32,000 nucleotides of DNA from Mycobacterium tuberculosis H37Rv (GTDB lineage: Bacteria > Actinomycetota > Actinomycetes > Mycobacteriales > Mycobacteriaceae): the NCBI RefSeq assembly GCF_000195955.2, contig NC_000962.3:3000001-3032000 (forward strand), in the 5' to 3' direction. Shown one piece after another: positions 27,065 through 32,000 of the stretch. Made by a program: the position numbers and the translations under genes. Numbering within the stretch: position 1 is the stretch's first letter; each line of letters begins with the position of its first letter. The notes beneath the pieces are model-generated. The model saw only the letters and a list, made by a program, of their open reading frames with translations. It had not been told where the DNA came from and ran no database searches.

Positions 27065-28039
27065 ATGGCTCGCGATCAAGGCGCAGACGAAGCGCGAGAA
27101 TATGAGCCGGGGCAACCCGGCATGTACGAGCTTGAGTTCCCGGCGCCTCAGCTGTCGTCGTCCGACGGCCGTGGTCCGGTGTTGGTGCACGCTTTGGAAG
27201 GTTTCTCCGACGCCGGCCATGCGATCCGGCTGGCCGCCGCCCACCTCAAGGCGGCCCTGGACACAGAGCTGGTCGCGTCCTTCGCGATCGATGAACTACT
27301 GGACTACCGCTCGCGGCGGCCATTAATGACTTTCAAGACCGATCATTTCACCCACTCCGATGATCCTGAGCTAAGCCTGTATGCGCTGCGCGACAGCATC
27401 GGCACCCCATTTCTGCTGCTGGCGGGTTTGGAGCCGGACCTGAAGTGGGAGCGGTTCATCACCGCCGTCCGATTGCTGGCCGAGCGCCTGGGTGTACGGC
27501 AGACCATCGGCCTGGGCACCGTCCCGATGGCCGTTCCGCACACACGACCGATCACGATGACCGCTCATTCCAACAACCGGGAGCTGATCTCCGATTTTCA
27601 ACCGTCGATCTCCGAAATCCAGGTCCCGGGTAGCGCTTCCAACCTACTGGAATACCGGATGGCCCAGCACGGTCATGAGGTCGTCGGGTTCACCGTGCAC
27701 GTCCCGCACTATCTCACGCAGACCGACTATCCCGCGGCCGCCCAAGCGCTGCTCGAACAAGTGGCCAAGACCGGTTCTCTGCAGCTGCCGCTGGCCGTGC
27801 TAGCCGAAGCAGCCGCAGAGGTCCAGGCCAAGATCGACGAGCAGGTCCAGGCAAGCGCCGAAGTGGCTCAAGTGGTGGCGGCCCTTGAGCGCCAGTACGA
27901 TGCCTTCATCGACGCTCAGGAGAACAGGTCGTTGCTAACGCGCGACGAAGATCTGCCGAGCGGCGACGAGCTCGGTGCCGAGTTTGAGCGGTTCCTGGCT
28001 CAGCAGGCCGAGAAGAAGTCCGACGACGACCCGACCTAA
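27065..28039 (+). CDS. PAC2 (proteasome assembly chaperone 2-like) family protein (Rv2714-like)
   Basis: 324 aa with a strong SD (gagaggaggcaacacccATG). N-terminal PVLVHALEGFSDAGHA is typical of the family. Acidic C-terminal tail. Confidence 0.85.
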   Translation: MARDQGADEAREYEPGQPGMYELEFPAPQLSSSDGRGPVLVHALEGFSDAGHAIRLAAAHLKAALDTELVASFAIDELLDYRSRRPLMTFKTDHFTHSDDPELSLYALRDSIGTPFLLLAGLEPDLKWERFITAVRLLAERLGVRQTIGLGTVPMAVPHTRPITMTAHSNNRELISDFQPSISEIQVPGSASNLLEYRMAQHGHEVVGFTVHVPHYLTQTDYPAAAQALLEQVAKTGSLQLPLAVLAEAAAEVQAKIDEQVQASAEVAQVVAALERQYDAFIDAQENRSLLTRDEDLPSGDELGAEFERFLAQQAEKKSDDDPT

Positions 28040-28097
28040 CGCCGCGAAAGCGGCCCACAAAACGGCCCCAGTCGGCCCGACAACAAGATTGGCGAGG

Positions 28098-29123
28098 ATG
28101 ACCGAGCGGAAGCGAAATCTTCGGCCAGTGCGCGACGTGGCACCGCCTACGCTGCAGTTCCGCACCGTCCACGGTTATCGGCGGGCATTCCGGATCGCCG
28201 GTTCCGGGCCGGCGATTCTGCTTATCCACGGGATAGGTGACAATTCCACCACCTGGAATGGGGTGCACGCCAAGCTCGCCCAACGATTCACCGTCATCGC
28301 TCCGGATCTACTGGGCCACGGGCAATCCGACAAGCCGCGTGCCGACTATTCGGTTGCGGCTTACGCCAACGGCATGCGGGACCTCCTCAGCGTGCTCGAC
28401 ATCGAGCGGGTGACCATCGTGGGCCATTCGCTCGGCGGCGGGGTAGCAATGCAATTCGCCTACCAGTTCCCTCAGCTAGTCGACCGACTGATCCTGGTCA
28501 GCGCGGGCGGTGTCACCAAGGACGTCAACATCGTCTTCCGGTTGGCCTCGTTGCCCATGGGCAGCGAGGCTATGGCCTTGCTACGGTTGCCGCTGGTGCT
28601 GCCGGCAGTGCAAATCGCCGGGCGGATCGTGGGTAAGGCCATCGGTACCACCAGCTTGGGGCACGACCTGCCCAATGTGCTGCGCATTTTGGACGACCTG
28701 CCAGAGCCGACGGCTTCTGCGGCGTTCGGCCGCACCCTGCGGGCAGTGGTGGACTGGCGGGGGCAGATGGTCACCATGCTGGACCGATGCTATTTGACCG
28801 AAGCCATCCCGGTACAGATCATCTGGGGCACAAAGGATGTCGTGCTGCCAGTCCGTCACGCTCACATGGCGCATGCCGCCATGCCGGGCTCGCAATTGGA
28901 GATTTTCGAGGGCTCGGGACATTTCCCGTTTCACGACGACCCTGCGCGCTTCATCGACATCGTCGAACGCTTCATGGACACCACTGAGCCCGCCGAATAC
29001 GACCAGGCCGCGCTGCGCGCGTTGCTTCGCCGGGGTGGCGGCGAAGCAACCGTCACCGGCTCGGCAGACACCCGTGTTGCAGTACTGAACGCCATCGGGT
29101 CCAACGAACGCAGCGCTACCTGA
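28098..29123 (+). CDS. Alpha/beta-fold hydrolase (Rv2715-like)
   Basis: 341 aa from the ATG at 28098. Oxyanion region LLIHGIGDNS, nucleophile elbow VGHSLGGGVA and C-terminal GSGHFPFHDDP (catalytic His). Confidence 0.85.
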   Translation: MTERKRNLRPVRDVAPPTLQFRTVHGYRRAFRIAGSGPAILLIHGIGDNSTTWNGVHAKLAQRFTVIAPDLLGHGQSDKPRADYSVAAYANGMRDLLSVLDIERVTIVGHSLGGGVAMQFAYQFPQLVDRLILVSAGGVTKDVNIVFRLASLPMGSEAMALLRLPLVLPAVQIAGRIVGKAIGTTSLGHDLPNVLRILDDLPEPTASAAFGRTLRAVVDWRGQMVTMLDRCYLTEAIPVQIIWGTKDVVLPVRHAHMAHAAMPGSQLEIFEGSGHFPFHDDPARFIDIVERFMDTTEPAEYDQAALRALLRRGGGEATVTGSADTRVAVLNAIGSNERSAT

Positions 29124-29171
29124 TCACCACCGGGTCTGTTAGGGCTCTTCCCCAGGTCGTACAGTCGGGCC

Positions 29172-29858
29172 ATGGCCATTGAGGTTTCGGTGTTGCGGGT
29201 TTTCACCGATTCAGACGGGAATTTCGGTAATCCGCTGGGGGTGATCAACGCCAGCAAGGTCGAACACCGCGACAGGCAGCAGCTGGCAGCCCAATCGGGC
29301 TACAGCGAAACCATATTCGTCGATCTTCCCAGCCCCGGCTCAACCACCGCACACGCCACCATCCATACTCCCCGCACCGAAATTCCGTTCGCCGGACACC
29401 CGACCGTGGGAGCGTCCTGGTGGCTGCGCGAGAGGGGGACGCCAATTAACACGCTGCAGGTGCCGGCCGGCATCGTCCAGGTGAGCTACCACGGTGATCT
29501 CACCGCCATCAGCGCCCGCTCGGAATGGGCACCCGAGTTCGCCATCCACGACCTGGATTCACTTGATGCGCTTGCCGCCGCCGACCCCGCCGACTTTCCG
29601 GACGACATCGCGCACTACCTCTGGACCTGGACCGACCGCTCCGCTGGCTCGCTGCGCGCCCGCATGTTTGCCGCCAACTTGGGCGTCACCGAAGACGAAG
29701 CGACCGGTGCCGCGGCCATCCGGATTACCGATTACCTCAGCCGTGACCTCACCATCACCCAGGGCAAAGGATCGTTGATCCACACCACCTGGAGTCCCGA
29801 GGGCTGGGTTCGGGTAGCCGGCCGAGTTGTCAGCGACGGTGTGGCACAACTCGACTGA
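29172..29858 (+). CDS. PhzF-family isomerase-like protein (Rv2716-like)
   Basis: 228 aa. N-terminal [16 protein letters not shown] and [13 protein letters not shown] are typical of the PhzF family. Confidence 0.85.
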
Positions 29859-29866
29859 CGTAGAGC

Positions 29867-30361
29867 TCAGCGCTGCCGATGCAACACGGCGGCAAGGTGA
29901 TCCTGCAGGGGTTGCCCGACCGCGCGCATCTGCAACGAGTACGAAAGCTCGTCGCCGTCGATGCGGTAGGAACGGTCAAGGGCGGTCACCTCTTTTGCGG
30001 TCGGGGCCAATCCGATCGACCCATCCGCGCGTGTGGACAATTCGAGTTCGATGACGTCACCGGTCACCGAATAGGTTCCAACCTCAATTTCGGTGATGCC
30101 GCTTGGATGGGCGAGAACGAGTTCAACGCAGCCCGGTCGGCAAACGCGGAGATACCCCGTCTCGGAATGCAGCGGCTTCCCGTCAGCTACCGCCCTGGTC
30201 TGCTGTGTGTACGTCAGAAACGGTTTACCCACATGGGCGAATACGACTTCCTCGAGGTATTCGAACGGCCGGATGGTGGGGTACTTGCCCGCACCGCGAC
30301 CCGCCCAACTCCCCAGGAGGGGTGACAGCGCCTGCAGGGCAGGGGCCAGATCTCGGGTCAT
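29867..30361 (-). CDS. Nitrobindin / FABP-like heme-binding beta-barrel protein (Rv2717c-like)
   Basis: 164 aa from the ATG at 30361. Contains LLGSWAGRGAGKYPTIRPFEYLEEVVFAHVGKPFLTYTQQT. Confidence 0.85.
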   Translation of the reverse strand: MTRDLAPALQALSPLLGSWAGRGAGKYPTIRPFEYLEEVVFAHVGKPFLTYTQQTRAVADGKPLHSETGYLRVCRPGCVELVLAHPSGITEIEVGTYSVTGDVIELELSTRADGSIGLAPTAKEVTALDRSYRIDGDELSYSLQMRAVGQPLQDHLAAVLHRQR

Positions 30362-30412
30362 CGCCCGCTTGCGGGGGACAGGCATGCGGGAAGCCTAGCG
30401 CCGCGAGATCGG

Positions 30413-30877
30413 TCAGCTGTGGGCTGATAGGTTGCGGTGCGCGCGAAGCGCCTCAATCTCGCGCGCGAAATCGTCCGCGGAAGAAAACGACCGGTAGACC
30501 GACGCGAACCGTAGGTAGGCCACCTCGTCAAGCTCGCGCAACGGGCCCAGGATAGCCAGGCCGACATCGTGACTCGGAATCTCCGGCGACCCCGCGGCAC
30601 GCACCGAATCCTCGACTTGCTGAGCCAGCAGGTTCAACGCATCGTCGTCGACCTGGCGTCCCTGGCACGCCCGGCGCACACCGCTGATCACCTTTTCCCT
30701 GCTGAAGGGTTCGGTAACGCCACTGCGCTTGACTACGGCCAGCACCGCGGTCTCTACGGTGGTGAATCGTCGTCCACATTCGGGGCACGACCTCCGGCGC
30801 CGGATCGCCTGGCCTTCATCGGTTTCCCGGGAATCGATCACCCGCGAATCGGGATGCCGGCAGAACGGGCAATGCAT
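30413..30877 (-). CDS. nrdR: Transcriptional repressor NrdR (zinc ribbon plus ATP-cone)
   Basis: 154 aa from the ATG at 30877, with SD (aaaggagcggccATG). Begins [17 protein letters not shown]...[12 protein letters not shown]. Confidence 0.95.
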   Translation of the reverse strand: MHCPFCRHPDSRVIDSRETDEGQAIRRRRSCPECGRRFTTVETAVLAVVKRSGVTEPFSREKVISGVRRACQGRQVDDDALNLLAQQVEDSVRAAGSPEIPSHDVGLAILGPLRELDEVAYLRFASVYRSFSSADDFAREIEALRAHRNLSAHS

Positions 30878-31039
30878 GGCCGCTCCTTTGCCGTCTTGAC
30901 ATCCGGGTATCACAGACGACTCCGAGCGTACCTGTGTGCTCCCGCGGGTAGCCACTGCAGTCACGACTGATGCGCATATTGCGTCGCGGTCACCCAGTAA
31001 CGTTGACACAGAACGGTTTTCGCGGACACCGGGATGGCC

Positions 31040-31537
31040 TCAGCCAACCGGAGCGATCAGCGTCTGACCCACGGCCAATGCCGGTGTCTGCAGGCCGTTG
31101 AGTTCACGGATGCGGTCGGCAACCTGGCGGGTCGGAGCGTTCGGCGCCACCCGGACCGCCACGTCATACAGGGACTCCCCCGTTTCCACCCGTACCACGG
31201 CAAGCCTGTCGGGCACCCGACCGGTCGAATCGGCCGACCCGTCGGCCGAACCGCCGGTGATCATCTGCCCGAACTGCGCCACCAAACCAAGCCAGAGAGT
31301 AATCGCCGCGGCAAGCAGAGCCAGCCCCACCGTCGTGGCCGGCGGGACGGGCCTGCTGCCATGCCCAGTCCTCGACATCCCGACCCCGGTGCGGTGGTAG
31401 CGCAGCGGCGCACCCCCCGGCCTCGATCGGCCGGGCCTGCGCGATTGCGCCGGCTCAGCGCGGCGCCAGCGAGGTCCATCGAGCGGGCCCCGCAGATTGA
31501 GCGGATCGGGGGTATGCGGTGGCCGGACCGGTGTCAT
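31040..31537 (-). CDS. chiZ: DNA-damage-inducible LysM-domain cell-wall hydrolase / division inhibitor (Rv2719c)
   Basis: 165 aa. Arg/Pro-rich N-terminus, one TM segment ([17 protein letters not shown]) and a C-terminal LysM-like segment [10 protein letters not shown]...[19 protein letters not shown]. Confidence 0.85.
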
Positions 31538-31563
31538 GTTCGCTCCTCCAACTCAGACGGTAA

Positions 31564-31579
31564 TCGCTCGCGTGTTCGA
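31564..31579. promoter_or_regulatory. Candidate LexA (SOS) box, 2 mismatches to TCGAAC-N4-GTTCGA
   Basis: tcgctcgcgtgttcga, 27-42 nt upstream of the chiZ start codon. Confidence 0.35.
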
Positions 31580-31606
31580 CACTGTAGTCACTCATGTGTT
31601 CGATAT

Positions 31607-31622
31607 CCGAACATTTGATCGA
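31607..31622. promoter_or_regulatory. Candidate LexA (SOS) box, 2 mismatches
   Basis: ccgaacatttgatcga (GAAC-N4-GATC core). Confidence 0.4.
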
Positions 31623-31641
31623 AGCGTGTCGCACGCGCAAA

Positions 31642-31663
31642 ACGGTAGACCACACCACCGACA
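31642..31663 (-). promoter_or_regulatory. RecA-NDp (PafBC-dependent) DNA-damage promoter motif TGTCGGTG-N8-TANNNT, directed towards chiZ
   Basis: The minus strand reads tgtcggtg-gtgtggtc-taccgt: the complement of 31656..31663, an 8-nt spacer, then the -10 at 31642..31647. Confidence 0.6.
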
Positions 31664-31739
31664 CGTTTCGGTTGGAGCCGGACTTCCGGCGCGAAGGCCC
31701 AGCCACTCCTCGTGCCCTCCCGCGACCGGAACACGCCTG

Positions 31740-31755
31740 TCGAACACATGTTTGA
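31740..31755. promoter_or_regulatory. LexA autoregulatory SOS box
   Basis: tcgaacacatgtttga has 1 mismatch to the mycobacterial consensus TCGAAC-N4-GTTCGA. It lies 33 nt upstream of the lexA ATG. Confidence 0.75.
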
Positions 31756-31787
31756 TTCTTGGTGCGAATGCGACTACATTCATTGCC

Positions 31788-32000
31788 ATGAACGACAGCA
31801 ACGACACCTCGGTTGCCGGCGGAGCCGCTGGTGCGGACAGCCGGGTGCTGTCCGCAGATTCGGCGCTGACCGAGCGGCAACGCACTATTCTCGACGTCAT
31901 CCGCGCGTCGGTCACTAGCCGCGGATATCCGCCGAGCATCCGGGAAATCGGCGACGCCGTTGGTCTGACGTCGACGTCTTCGGTGGCGCACCAGCTGCGC
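31788..32000 (+). CDS. lexA: LexA repressor, N-terminal part (continues beyond the window)
   Basis: Hand translation from the ATG at 31788 gives [71 protein letters not shown], the LexA wHTH. It is open to the window end, which is why it is absent from the ORF track. Confidence 0.9.

Overview
High-GC actinobacterial core chromosome. From the protein sequences I recognise it as the Mycobacterium tuberculosis complex segment Rv2683 to Rv2720 (lexA), probably about 3.00-3.03 Mb of H37Rv; this is from memory and unverified. Gene density is high, with about 38 protein genes and no rRNA, tRNA, CRISPR, transposase, integrase or prophage signal. Content in order: a CBS-pair protein plus two tandem paralogous ArsB/NhaD-type permeases (arsA, arsB1); a three-gene ABC-2 efflux operon; a RumA/TrmA-type RNA methyltransferase; a 53-bp MIRU-type VNTR in a gene junction; a KimA-like APC permease divergent from two TrkA/RCK genes (ceoB, ceoC); a block of actinobacteria-conserved DUF genes around dut; suhB; ppgK; the principal sigma factor sigA and its paralogue sigB; ideR; sthA; PAC2, hydrolase, PhzF and nitrobindin genes; nrdR; chiZ (Rv2719c); and the 5' part of lexA. 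I do not see a defence island or other obviously novel multi-gene system, so this is housekeeping DNA. The points most worth a second look are: (1) the KimA-like transporter next to orphan TrkA proteins, with a CBS-pair protein nearby; (2) a well-supported 62-aa Cys/His small ORF on the strand opposite a doubtful hypothetical gene; (3) MIRU repeats built into translational junctions, including a degenerate second copy; (4) compact regulatory architecture, namely back-to-back leaderless-type promoters at dut, a perfect CRP-type palindrome, an MprA-box plus SigE/H-type promoter at sigB, and SOS boxes plus a RecA-NDp motif between chiZ and lexA; (5) an unexplained repeat and hairpin module in a convergent intergenic region.
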